From positions 11,070,948 through 11,134,947 of the forward strand of contig NC_092673.1 of assembly GCF_964355755.1 (NCBI RefSeq): a stretch of DNA of 64,000 nt, in the 5' to 3' direction. Made by a program: the position numbers and the translations under genes. The notes beneath the pieces were generated by a model. It was not told the origin of the DNA, ran no database searches, and was given only the letters and a program-made list of their open reading frames with translations. This DNA is from Antedon mediterranea. Lineage: Eukaryota > Animalia > Echinodermata. This document shows positions 26,542 through 39,667 of the stretch, piece by piece (the stretch's first letter is position 1; each line of letters starts with the position of its first letter).

Positions 26542-28610
26542 TAAATGCAAATTATTATGCGCGCGGTGCGCACATAGAGTTAGAAACATCATTTTTTCGA
26601 GTGATTTATGTTTTTCCATACTTTTCTAGTAATTTTACCAACTTTTAAACAATTTTGACTTAAAGTAACGTCATACGAGCACGTCAAATTGGACAATTTG
26701 CGCACGTTTTTGATGAAAAAGTTCGAAAATTTGTCAAAATTATGCCTTTTTTTAAACAGTCGTAATTTCTAAACTACACGGTCAACTTTTTGTGGATGAC
26801 ATATTCTGGAAGTTGATGAGTTGTAGATATCGGATCATGTATTAATATGGCTAACCGGACATTGTGACGTCATCGTATGGCCACGCGAATATAAAATTTA
26901 GGATTTTTGTGTCTTTCGTAATAGGTCATCACATTTAATAGAACGCATCTCCACTTAGCCGTTTTCCATTTTCACCCCGATTTTGATATTGTCTAGGTCA
27001 ATCAACTATCTTTCGCATGAGTTAAAAATATTTAAATTTTTTTTACATCATCATGCCTAAAAATTTAAATTACGTATGACATTAATTTCATCTTTACAGT
27101 AAATTTTAATCTGTTATAGCTCGTAAGAATAAAATGTGATAATCACGATTAAAACGTTTTCTGGAAGCTATTGGATTGTAGATACAAAATCATGTAAAAA
27201 TTTTGCCAATCGGATGTTGTGACGTCATCATATGGCCAGTTAAATAAAAAAGTCGTATTTTCATATTTTGCGTCATAGATCATTACATTTAAAAGAGCGC
27301 GCATTAATATTTTACGTATTAAAATTTCTTCTACACGTTAATATGTTGTTGCTGAGATAATTTCCTTCCGAAATTGCTACCTTCGCATTTCATTTTAAAA
27401 CCGTCAACATGTTAAAAATTGCAATAAATAGTGGGTACTGTAATTTTACCTATTCTAGACTGTATGTGATATGGATACAGATTATACTGTGTATACTATA
27501 TGAATCAAAATAATAGAATTCAGCAATAACAACATATTCCTCAGTTCAGGTCATAATGCCATAACCTTTTTCTGTGTGCAATATTCCAATGTATGACGTT
27601 CACGTGGCGTTTGTTGTGTGGATAACTAACTCGTCAAAGTGACGAGTTTCATGTCTAGTCTTTTTCTGTATTCTTCTTTTTTCTGTCATTTTTATGTCTC
27701 GCGTAGCTCAAAAACGTGTAAACATAACATTTCATAACTTTGTCAACATGTGGGCATTTACGTGAAATTGTGCACCTCCTATTGTGAATGACCTCAGAGT
27801 TGCTCAACATGACTTACGTGCGTTTTTACGAATTCCGCGTATTTAACATAGATCGAAAAATATATAACAATTTAAATTGAAACTTAACAAAAGTTTAAGT
27901 TATATCTTGCGCTAACTGACTATGCGGAAAAAATGGTATGTTTCACACGAAGTTACATTTTGAGCATGTTAAAAATTCCCACGTGCGCGCATATTTTTAC
28001 GCACGCGGTACGCACATGCAGTTGTAAACAATTTTTTCCGCTTGATTTATGTTTTTCCAGCCTTTTCTAGTAATTTTAGCAACTTTTAAGCAATTTCGAC
28101 TTATAATTAACGTCATACGGGCACGTCGAATTGGATAATTTACGTGCGTTTTTTATGAAAAAGTTCAAAAATTTCGCAAAATTTGTCAAAATTATACCTT
28201 TTTTTAAACAGTTGTAGTTTCTAAACTAAACGGTGAAAGTTATTTTTATTACATATTCTGGAAGTTGATGAGTTGTAGATATCGGATCATGCATTAATAT
28301 GGCTAACCGGACATTGTGACGTCATCGTATGGCCACCCGAATATGAAATATAGAATTTTTGTATCTTTTGTCATAGCGCATCACATTTAATAGAGTGCAT
28401 CTCCACTTATCCATTTTCACACCGAATTGGATAATTTACGTGCGTTTTTGATGAAAAAGTTCAAAAATTTCGCAAAATTTGTCAATATTATACCTTTTTT
28501 TAAACAGTCGTAGTTCCTAAACTAAACGGTGAAAGTTATTTTTATTACATATTCTGGAAGTTGATGAGTTGTAGATATCGGATCATGCATTAATATGGCT
28601 AATAGTACAG

Positions 28611-30138
28611 GAAAACTATGAAATATGGTTGAAAAAATTGCAACAGAATTTATTTCACCACAATGCATTTCTATAAGGTCCCTATATGAACATATTAAAA
28701 GTCTAGAAAAATCCAGGTAGGGGAAATAGGTTTTTTTAAACAAAATGGCTGCCAATGTCGAAAATGCCTAAAAAAGGACAAAAAAACATAAATAGTAGAT
28801 CTAATTCAATTTAATAATCCACTTTATAGCGGTTTTTACAATGATTTTTATATTTCTTTACAGTTTCGAAGATCTGAACTACAATATACACATTATTTTA
28901 AGTGCTGTTAATTAGAAAATGGCCGAAAAACAAATGTTTAAGTATCTAGATATATCCCTATTGTTATAATATATAAAACGCAGTCCTTCCTATGCTTAAT
29001 GCATAGGATTACGGTGTCTAATAATAAATCAGTTTACATTTGTACTGTTATAACAATATATTACAACATTGGTGGTACCAGTGGGGGAGGGGTATAGGGA
29101 TGGGAGATCATATGGGAAGGGTGAGGGAGTCTGTCCGGCCCCCCATCCCCTCTCCCCAATTGGCTATTTTCGGGAGTATATGTAGACAATATGATGATAT
29201 TTCCTAATATAAAACAATACCCCATTGAGTGCTGTTTCAAGGATTTTCATTTTTAAAAGTGACTAAAACTACCCTTTACTGGTATAATATTGTTGGAACT
29301 TCTGGGTGCGCTCCCATTGATGGCCCAGCCAATTGATGCTAGCTGCGCTCTCCCCCCCCCCCAGCCCCCTTATCGGGAAAATCCTTGCGCCATCACTGGA
29401 CTACAATCAATCTATTACCGTATTTATTCGGATAAATGCTACATTTAGAAAAATCGAATAAACTCCCCCATAAGACATCATTTTGAATAACCTACACCAG
29501 CGCACCCCCTCCCCTGCCCCCATCGGACATCATTTTGAATTTATTTCGTCGAATGTACGACTCGCCACATTCATATTATACATAATATTGTGTTTTAACA
29601 CATCTCTATTTGTAATAGAATTCACTGAATGACATGATGGTGTTGTATTTGTTCATATCTAAAGGGTGTATTTATTTGATTAACACATTACACCCACAAA
29701 AATAAACGCCTCTTCGAATAAACTCCTCACGACGATTACACGCCCCCACTACCCCAACCACCAAGGGCATTTATTCAAATAAATGCGGTAATTTCACTTT
29801 CATCTTGTCAGTATCTCATCCTCCATCTATTGGTGGGGTATTGAGCATGTGCTGATGCCGTGGCATTCTTAAAAAATAGTGGAGCAGCAGTCCAACCCAT
29901 ATTTTCTGCAACTGCAATTCATTTAACTACAACCTTATTTACAGGTACATCTAATCAACTTTAATAGTTTCTCTGGTGCTGGTAGTAAATTTGTCATCAA
30001 TACTTTCCATCCCTAGTCTGTGGGTTGAAGAGTATTTCCTATCCACTGCTATACCTGGTAATAAAGACTCACGAAATAACATTTTGCAGCAAGGGAATAG
30101 ATTTGCTTTTTGCAACTTTCTCAAAGAAAAGTAGGCTG
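28611..30138 (-). pseudogene. One-ended Academ-like transposon fragment with decayed transposase C-terminus (~29830-30090)
   Basis: Minus strand reads AAKCYFVSLYYQV*QWIGNTLQPTD*GWKVLMTNLLPAPEKLLKLIRCTCK*GCS*MNCSCRKYGLDC, the YQ..W..P..GW..PAP..LL..IxCxCK Cys-rich pattern; 5'-TAG terminus at 28611. Confidence 0.7.
29418..29788. mobile_element. Tc1/mariner(pogo)-like MITE
   Basis: TIR CCG(T/C)ATTTATT..ATAAATGC with TA on both flanks. Confidence 0.7.
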
Positions 30139-33100
30139 TGACATTGTGACGTCATCGTATGGCCACCCGAATATAAAATATAGAATTTTTGTATCTTTTG
30201 TCATAGCGCATCACATTTAATAGAGTGCATCTCCACTTATCCGTTTTCCATTTTCACCCCGATTTTGATATTTTCTAGGTCAATTAACTATCTTTCGCAT
30301 GAGTTAAAAATATTTTAATTTTTATGACGTCATCACGTCTAAAAATGTAAATAACAGGGGTCACTTATTTTCATCTTTACGGTAAATTTCAATCTGTTAT
30401 AGCTCGTCAAAATAAAAAGTGATAATCATGATTACAACTTTTTCTTGAAGCTATTGGATTGTAGATTCATGTAATTCATGTAAACATTTTGCCAATCGGA
30501 TGTTGTGACGTCATCATATGGCCAGTTGAATAAAAAAAAGTCGTATTTCATCTTTTGCGTCATAGTTCATCACATTTAAAAGGGCGCGAATCTATATTTT
30601 ACGTATTTAAATTTCTTCTACACGTTAATATGTTGTTGCTGAGATAATGTCCTTCCGAAATTGCTATCTTATCATTTTGATACCGTCGCCATGTTAAAAA
30701 TATGAATAAACAGGGGGTCCCGTAATTTCACCAATTCTACACTGTATGTAATATGTATACAGAATATACTGTTTTAGTATACTATACGACACAAAATCGA
30801 CAGAATTCAGCAGTAACAGCATATGATATTCTTCAGTTCAGGTAATAATGCCATAATCTTTTCCGTGTGCAAAATTCCAACGTATGAAGTGCGCGTGGCG
30901 TTTGTCGTGCGGATAACTAACTCGTCAAAGTGACGAGTTCAAATCTAGTCTTCTTTGTTATTCTTCTTTCTTTCCCGGATTTTTGTGCGTCGCATATCCC
31001 CTATTGCTTGTGAACGTAACTTTGTATAACTTTGTCAAAAGATTGACATGTACAGTAGCTGTAGATGTGCAAGAAACTTCGTTATATGACGTTAGAGTCG
31101 CACAGTGTAAGTTACGCGCGATTTTATGAATTTCAATGATTGATCATATGTAGATTATAAACCAAAAGTCATTTTGTTTTGACACTTTAGTGAAAACTTA
31201 AGTCATATCAAGGGCAAACTTTCTATGGATTAAAAATGACATGTTTCACTAGAAGTTACGCGCGCACGCGCATTTAAAATTTAAAAATGCGCAAAATTTA
31301 TTTCTAATCAACTTTCTACGCTGATCATGACATTTTGAGCATGTCAAAAATTCCCGCGCACACAAAAAAATGTACGCGTATGGTGCGCACGGAGTACGAA
31401 AATCATGTTTTTTTCCTCTTGAATTGTAATTTTCCAGCCTTTCCTAGTCATTTTAAAAAAGATTGACATCATTTCAAATTAAAATGACGTCATACGAACA
31501 CGTTGATTTATACCATTTGCGCGCGTTTTAGTTAAAAAAGTGACAACATATTGTCAAAATTATGCCTATTTTGAATCTATTATAGCTCCTCAGGATCAGC
31601 CATGACCCCCACATTTTTTAATTTAATATGTAAGCAGATATGTTGTAGATATGAATTCATGCAGAATCTTTACCCCTCGGATGTTATGAAGTCATCGTAT
31701 GGCTACACGAATGTAAAATATAGGATTTTTTACTCTTTCGTTATTGTACATCACATTAAATAGAGCTCATCTCGCTTATACGTATTCCATTTCATCAGAT
31801 ATTTTAATACTGTCTAGGTCAATCAACTATCTTTCCCATGAGTTAAAAATATTTTAATTTTTATGACGTCATCGTGTCTCAAAATGTAAATAACATGGGT
31901 CACCTTATTTAACAATTGTTAAGTTGTTTTCATGTTCAACAATATATAACACCATTTGGAATCATTTTGTTTGTGTTCATTTTTCTTCATTTACATTTTA
32001 TTTTCATTTCAATGGTTTTGATATTTTACTCTTTTTTGGGGGGAGATTTGTTAGCTATTTGCTACTTCTTTAATTAAATTGTGGTCTATAGCAGTAACCT
32101 GTGTTCTGCCTTAATAATAATTTGCATGGGATGATTAAGTATAAAAGCGCAATACTGGATATGGGATATGAAAGTGACAACATGCATGAGAGGTGCATGT
32201 TGAAGTATGTCAATAACATTTTAATGATCAAATATGAATATGAAATAAGTTATAGAATAATGAAACTACAGCTGCTTAAGAAAAAGTGACCGAAATTAAA
32301 TGGGTTTTTTTTTGGGTGTTGATATTTTGTGGAAACACGACACCCATTTGGATTTGTTTTATCTGTGTGTTTTTTGTTTTTTTTTCATTTATAAATTATA
32401 TACATTTTTTTTCATGGTTTTTTATATTTTACAATTTTTTTTGTTAAGTTTGGTATCCTTTTTGCTAATTTTGTAATTATATTGTGGTCTAGTTTTTGAT
32501 TTTTAGCTTACTCTACTTATTAATTACACATGTTGCCGATGTACTAAGCATTGATATCAATCATGGCCACAGCGTTTTACTTACTGAGCCAAACCGTGAT
32601 TTACGGTCATTCAGTTCAAAGAATAGGTGTAATTAATTAAAACTTCAATGATGCGAATATTTGATACGGTCGACTAAAGACTGTTTTTATAATAGTGGCC
32701 CGGCATGGTATTTGTAGATCCGGCCATGGCGGTACACGACATAGGAGGTTGCGTAGTTTACACAGTGACATAACATGGTCGCTGAGACGTCAAATTACTG
32801 CTACTTTTGCCTTTTTTTAGTGTTAGGGAAAAGTGAACCGCACAAACTACCATTCTCAGCAATGGTCGGGGAAAGTTCAATAACTGGCAGTGAATAAAAG
32901 GTAACTGATATGCCGATCATATTATATGATTGGCTATTATATAAAAATTGATTTGTCATGTTTACCTGAAATCACGAATACACTAAGTTAATAGCTAGAT
33001 CAACTTTCGTATGCACTTTGAGGTCCAAAAAATGTTACTTCAGAAATTAGTTTAGGGTGGTCAAACAATCATTTGTGGCTTGGTTGCACATTTTGAAAAT

Positions 33101-33534
33101 GAGGCAAAAGGTCAGAGTGAAAGGTTATAAAACCAAACCAGAAATGACCTTTGACCCACATACCAGGTCAAAGTCTATGGCCGGCAACTGATGTTTGGTT
33201 TACAACCATCTTTACACAAACAACAAACAAGCAAGAAATAATAAATGTGGTTGTAATGTTTGGAAAATGAGAGTTGTTTTATGTTGCAGTTGCAATGTTA
33301 ACATTGTCATATTTGTGTGCGTGGTAAACTGATGCCCTAGAACGCAGAAGCTTCCAGGGGTCACTCTTCTTCTGATTGTCTCCCAAATTGTACGATTTTA
33401 CCAATAAGCTTTTTCCAGCAGAAATGGACAGGTACTGTACAGAGGCAAGAACACACATGTTAATTAGGGACTATAAGAAAATGTTTAAGACAGTGGGAAA
33501 ATTGTGATTTTGTATTGTAAATATTTAGATCAGA

Positions 33535-33745
33535 CATCATCATCCGTTACGCTATTTGTCTTGGGTAGACTGATCGTTTCCATGGCTCTCTTTCGGTGGT
33601 CTGATGGTCTTTCCTATCGAAGTATTTGCTTTTTTGAATTCTTTATTTATGTTTCCTATCCAGGTAGTTTTTGATCTGCCAACTGGTCTTTTAACTTTTC
33701 GAATGGATTCTGTCAACGCTAATTTGGCTGGAGTGTGGAGTGCCT
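33535..33745 (-). pseudogene. Decayed 3' fragment of an RTE-clade LINE
   Basis: TPAKLALTESIRKVKRPVGRSKTTW resembles the RTE C-terminal TPA...KR..GRP..TW motif; (GAT)n-like tail. Confidence 0.6.
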
Positions 33746-33959
33746 TAGTATAATATGTCCGGCCCATATGATCAGACATGGTTTACCATATTTTCATTAT
33801 AGTTTCAAGTTTTTTTTAATAAGAGTAAAACTGTATTTTAATAAAAACAAAACCATTCTTATACTACAAATAAAATTGTATACAGTATGTATGTATAGCT
33901 AGACCATCGCAGCATGGCGGTATATTTTCCGCAAGCACACAACTGGGAGTTTCCCTGTT

Positions 33960-35824
33960 CAGGGGTCCCAAGTCTACCGCTACTCGCGGTAGTCTACCGC
34001 TTTTAGTACCCATCTACCGCGCTACCGCAATCTCGACGTTTTCTACCGCATTTTGATTTTTTTTACCGCATTTTCAAATTTCTCCATATTTTTGGCCAAA
34101 TTGATTTACGGTTACACCCAGGCTCAGCAACAATAGTCAATAACCAGACAAAAGTGAGGCAGGATGTTGAAACAATGTCTATTCATGCAGTCTCCGTGGT
34201 CTATTATTGTATTTTTATTTGTATGCACTGCCCTTGTTAAACCGTAACAATAATATAAACATGCACGGTACTACACGACGGACGTAGAAAAAAAAGAAGC
34301 GTGCAACCAACCGTGACTCAATCACGTGGTAACCGGAATACGCGATTATCAATTTTGGGAGGATCCAAGTTTTAACTAAATAAACGCTTTGATTACACAG
34401 TGGTTGAGGCACATTTTTAATAGTTATTACATTTTTAAACACCCTCATAATTAATTAACTCTACCAATGTTGATCCGCTGCAAAGAACAACAGATCGCAC
34501 ATAATAATAAGCTTTATTTAATCACGGATACTTAACTCATCTAAAAGTTGTTTTTCAGTAAGACCGTGCTCAAAGGAAAACACCAACAAAAATAAATGTA
34601 AAAAGCAGATATCAAATCAAAAATAATAAAACAATTACAGAAGCAAAAAAACAAAAGCAGATAATAAAACAATTACAATGAAATAAAACAAGGATACACT
34701 TACTAACTATAAAATTAAATAATAACACTACATTTAAATAAAGCTACATGAAATTAGCAGTTAACAGTTTCTTAAAAAGAGAGACAGAGTTCACATTTTT
34801 AATATCTTCATGTAGCTCATTCCAAACCTTGGCACCTCTATATGATAAGCTACGTTTTTTGTAGTTCGTGTTTGGTTTTGGTACTATTAAATTTGGCTTA
34901 GTTCTAATCGCACGAGGTTGTTGAGTCGGTGTTTTATTTGGTTTTACTGTACGATCCGATAATACGAACATGTAATGATTTAAAAAGCATGGATTCGCCA
35001 AGCAAGTAGGCCTACGTTTAATAAAAATTTACCTAAGATTTTCGTAAGCTCTTTTGTTCAAACTTGTTATTTATATAGCAATAATCCACCCGTTCCGGCA
35101 TGGGCATGCACGCTAGGCCTCTAGCCTAGGCCTACTCTTCGATCGATCGATCGATGTCGCTGGTGGGGAATTTCCCAGCGATAAGAAATCAGCGAAATAG
35201 CTCATAAACGGCTACATTTTAATGTTATATCTTTAATGCCAGTGTAATTACGTATGGATAAAACAACACAAAACTCAATGTTTTTCATGTGAAATAATAT
35301 GTTAACTCGCGTAGTGTAGCATAAGACGGATTCGGAATAGTTATTTCGATTGTTTTTGGGTTTTAAAATGGTAGCTAGCTAGAGCCTAGAAGTAGAAGCC
35401 CTAGGCTAGGCCTAGGACTGTGCCTAAAAAAAATGAGTAAATTCTATTGGGCAATACTATCATGTGTAAATATTGTACATTATGTACTAATTAAGTTAAA
35501 TTATTTTATATAATGAATTTTAGTTAAAATACAGTATATATTTTTTTAATTCTTTTTTGTACTGAGGATGTGTCCATAAAAAAAATAAGAATGTAAAAAT
35601 ACTGATGGATAAACCTATGTAAAAATTTATGTGTAAATATTGTATATACTGTATATGTAACATATTTAGTTAATTAAGAGACGTAAACGACACGCGTGTT
35701 GATTTTCGATTCCCCGCGCGTTGACTTTCGATTCCCCGAGCGTTGACTTTCGACGCCCCGACGAATTGAATGTGGTTCACGACAAAATCTCCTGCGAATG
35801 GACTTTCCCAAGTTGGGACCTCTG
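33960..35824. mobile_element. hAT-like non-autonomous element with 6-bp TSD
   Basis: TIR CAG(G/A)GGTCCCAA(G/C)T; TSD CCTGTT (33954-33959, 35825-35830); subterminal TCTACCGC and GTTGACTTTCGA repeats. Confidence 0.72.
34501..34906 (-). mobile_element. Short 3' fragment of an L2/CR1-group LINE
   Basis: C-terminus LIVPKPNTNYKKRSLSYRGAKVWNELHEDIK...FKKLL; (TTA)n tail; 7-bp TSD ATCGCAC (34494-34500, 34907-34913). Confidence 0.85.
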
Positions 35825-36575
35825 CCTGTTCACTGAACACGCGTTACTACTGTACTGCATTATACCACGTGCTGTCGATAAAAATGATTTGTTGAAAACT
35901 TCAAAACATTGTACAAATTGCTTTTGTTAGAGCTCCAAACATGGGAATTCTTCTGAATTGAAATCAGCGGAAACACATGTACCATAAAGCTTTCTGAATT
36001 ATACCATCTGTATTACAAAATGTACTAACTGTTAACCGCATTTATTGTTTTTTATTATTCAGTAAACGAAGCAAACAAATCCATAATCAACTCATGAATC
36101 TGCATGATGCAAAATGTTAGTAGCATTAGCACTCAATGCTTCATTGAACATGAAAAATAAATCTCATTAACGAATTGTAATACACAGAATAACAGTAAAT
36201 GCTCCCACTTGTGGACTGTACCATTTATGGAGAGGGGTCTTCAATGAATTTTCTACTTTTCAAGTATATCTCACTCTTTGAAGAGAATAAGGCTATTGTA
36301 AGTTTATTCAGGTAAGCTAGGCACGAAATAGACAAACAAAATAAATGCTTCACCATCGGCAAGTGGAGTTTTATTTTTGGACTTAATACTTTCGCAAAAA
36401 TTATTTGATTACCTCTATTGTAAATTAATATGTAAATATGGCTAAAGCAGTCGTTTTATTTTTTGCCAATCTACACACATTTAGTCCAAATTAAGCTTTT
36501 CCTTTAGTAGATAACTCATATTGCTATCAAAGTAAATGTCTATTAAGCTGTGAACATGTTTTCGAGTATACATAC

Positions 36576-36683
36576 CGCTACTACCATTTTTCCTATTATC
36601 TGTTCTGGTATAGGTTCCTTTAACCTTTTCATCAGCTTTTCTAAACAAGTTGCCATAAGTTCCATACATATCCATACTTCACT
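36576..36683 (-). CDS. MAP2K7: MAP2K7 exon, 108 bp, SEVWICMELMATCLEKLMKRLKEPIPEQIIGKMVVA
   Basis: ttgtag acceptor, gtatg donor, phase 0/0; hinge MELM motif. Confidence 0.96.
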
Positions 36684-36932
36684 CTACAATAGAAATAGGC
36701 CACAAAGAAAACAAAAATGTTTTTATGTTGTAAATTGAAATAAATTACCTCACCATTTAACTACAAGATTTTTATTTTCATTTTAGACAAATGTCATGCA
36801 AGTTAATTTAGTTTAACATTAACATTTATTTCTACTCATATATTTGAAGTTGCTTTTATATTGTTTAACTAATCCTTGTACCCATTAAGAAAGTTGAAAA
36901 AATCTAGATTTTGATAAAGTTGACTAACTTAC

Positions 36933-37052
36933 AATTGTTACTATAGCTCCTAGACACTTCACTATATATGGACAATCATGACTTTTCAACACTACATCAA
37001 GATCCATTAGTATTCGCTTATTTTCCTCTTTGTTTGCAGACCGTCTCATTTG
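36933..37052 (-). CDS. MAP2K7: MAP2K7 exon, 120 bp, QMRRSANKEENKRILMDLDVVLKSHDCPYIVKCLGAIVTI
   Basis: ttttag acceptor, gtaagt donor, phase 0/0; alphaC helix typical of MKK7. Confidence 0.97.
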
Positions 37053-37204
37053 CTAAAAAAGCAGTAATGACATCAAAAAACCCTTCTATGTTGTTAATTC
37101 AATCATTGGTTTAAAAATTATTGTATACAGATTATGAAATACTGTCTATGTGGAAATGTTGGTGATATCTAATAATATACAGTAGTAAGAAAAAAAACTT
37201 GTCA

Positions 37205-37700
37205 AAGTCCCGTTTTTTAGATCTAGTTTAATGTAAAAATAATACTATATTGCTATAACTTTTTTCCTCTTTAAATGGTTAAAAATGTGAAAAACAAGTT
37301 GATTCTAATAATTTAAGGGGCCCGCACATAAATCACAACATGCATTGCGAGTGGACTGATATTTCAGTTTTTCTACTGTAATTCACCCACTTTCGATCGA
37401 TCGTGAAGGCCAAAAACAAATGGAAAAATCGTAACTTTTCAGCAAAAATGTCGGGTTTCCCCCAATTTGTATTACTGGATATACTGGCAAAACAGAAAGA
37501 CAATTAATGCAGCTACTAGACAACGTCAGGCCAGGCCTATAGCTTATGTACGATGCTTTTTTAAAATTTTGTAGACTTGGGCTATAATAATCTGGCTTCT
37601 CACTCCAGTCTCTGTTCAAGAAATTCTTCATCTTAGATCGATCAAAAAGCGTGCTATACATGTAGAACTGATTGTCGTGTGGTCGATTGAACACTAAACT
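37205..37700 (+). repeat. Diverged relative of the Kolobok-like MITE at 47460-48037, ends unclear
   Basis: Shared blocks TAATGTAAAAATAATACTATAT, CTTTAAATGGTTAAAAATGTGAAAAA, CTGTAATTCACCCACTTT, AGAAAGACAATTAATGCAGC. Confidence 0.7.
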
Positions 37701-38170
37701 AGATAGGCCTACGCATGCTAATTAATTGTGTACAGAATTTCTCAGGTATATTTTTAATTCAACTCATTAATTTTTATTTGCTTAGTCAATCCTTAAAATC
37801 ATTTAACAGGATGTCATGTGTTTCGAACGGCTGAACCACATGCTGCTTGTTTGCTGGGTATTTCTCAAAATAGATTGCACACACACGTTCAAACATCAAC
37901 GTTTTGTTTTGACAGTCAAAAGACAATAGCTAGTCTTCTGTGTGACACAAACGTGTGTTAACACTCTAGACTTGTTTCAGAAGGCGTGTTGTGAAACGGT
38001 TCTCTAGCTTATGAATATTAATGAGGTGAAGTAATTAGAACATTGATTGTCATTATAAAACATGTTTGAATGGTGGCAAAAATTTGTTGTTGTTTGAAAT
38101 AATTTAACAAAGGCGCCTAAACATTAATTATAATAACAAAAACATAGTTTTAAATGTGTTTTTGACATAC

Positions 38171-38284
38171 CTTGACTGCTACAATACACGATGTTCTCTT
38201 ATGTCTCATTTTTATCACATGACCACAGCTTCCAAATCCAATTTCTCCCAAAAGTTCAAGAGATTCTGTAGTCACTTGATATTT
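38171..38284 (-). CDS. MAP2K7: MAP2K7 exon, 114 bp, KYQVTTESLELLGEIGFGSCGHVIKMRHKRTSCIVAVK
   Basis: cccag acceptor, gtatg donor, phase 0/0; Gly-rich loop and VAVK lysine. Confidence 0.96.
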
Positions 38285-39630
38285 CTGGGGGAAAATGTAT
38301 TAATTTATTACACATTGGTATTTTATCACTGATGTACAATGAGAGTAATAATAGAACTCATAAAAATAATAAAACACATCATCTAACTTGTCTTGATAAT
38401 TTGCTCATGTTGTGAATAATATGCGCTCCTTCTTATTACACAGTGTTGACTGATTTCGTTTGAAAATCAAACTGTGCCACCTAAAATTATTCTTTATATA
38501 TATTTTTTTGAATAACAAAATATATGTCAGCATCTATATATAAATTATGGTTAATTCTGACATAGGCGAGCACAATGCAAAAACTTCGGTTCAAATCTCC
38601 GCCTTGGATACCTACCTTATCTATCTCAGATGTACCGCGAAACGTGATTTGATAACATTAGTTTTCACATCGACGCTATTATTCCATATTTCTATCTTAG
38701 GAAGATATTATAAAGGGTTTTATAAGAAATTTTCTGATTTCAATCGGTAAATTTTAATTTTAATTTCCGGGTTCACGGTAAGGTGTTGGTTTCAACCAGG
38801 GAGTTGTAAAACAACTACCTGTTTCAACTAAGTTGGCCGTTGGTGCTTTGGTGGCGATAGCCATTTTGGTTTTTTGTTTATTTTCCGACTGCGCGTGTGA
38901 AGGTATAGTAGTACATAAAGATCAAATCAAATACATTTATGAAACATAGGAGTAAATTGTGGGAAATAATTATATAAAATTACATTACATCGAGAGAATT
39001 GATGATGAGAGAATTGATGATAAGAGCTTTTGTTTTGAAATCGAATGAAACCCCGATAGCCGAGTTGTTGAGTAAGCTGCCAGGACTTTATGTAGGTCTA
39101 TAATGTTGCAAGCCGTCTAAAACGTCTTCCTTCTTAGGCCACTGTGTCGCGGAATAATGTATAATTATACCAATTAGGATGGTATTTATTTGAATAAATG
39201 CCCGGAACACCTCCCCAATAAAACATCAATTAAAATAATTACGCTACTCAAACCACGACCCCCCCCCCCCCCCCCCCACCACACCCCAAATACATCTAAT
39301 AAACGCCCATCCACATTTATACACACAATTTTATTATATTTATAACACAATTATACTATTTTTAGTAGATTTCTTCGGACTGTTATCTACAATTTACCAA
39401 GCATTTGTAGTATTCTTTTTTACCACTTTTCATATCTACATTAAACACTATACGCCTAAAACGCTAATTAATCATCTAAGACATTTAGGTTAGTGAGTAC
39501 GTTTAGTATTACGAATATCAAAAGCATTTAAATAATGGTAAACCGACCGAAATTGTCCTGGCCAGAATGTCCTTCTAAAACTTTTTATGTCCCGAGTCAT
39601 TATCATTTCGAGAACCATCGTCTACACTTC

Positions 39631-39667
39631 CTAGAGGGGGAGCGAGCGAAGCGAGCTCACCCTCTAG
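39631..39667 (+). mobile_element. Canonical Helitron-type 3' terminus
   Basis: GC-rich hairpin around GCGAGCGAAGCGAGC ending in CTAG followed by T. Confidence 0.5.

Larger units (their letters stand above)
23031..27658 (+). mobile_element. HINE beta, inner layer, interrupted by an RTE LINE
   Basis: 5' hairpin at 23031; 3' stem-loop + CTAG at 27655-27658. Confidence 0.78.
22975..30948 (+). mobile_element. HINE beta, middle layer of the second stack
   Basis: 5' hairpin at 22975; body resumes at 27659; 3' stem-loop + CTAG at 30945-30948. Confidence 0.78.
22915..31905 (+). mobile_element. HINE gamma (3'-truncated), outer host of the second stack
   Basis: 5' TTGGTTATCCGCAAC..GTTGCAGGATAACC hairpin; body resumes at 30949. 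Confidence 0.65.
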
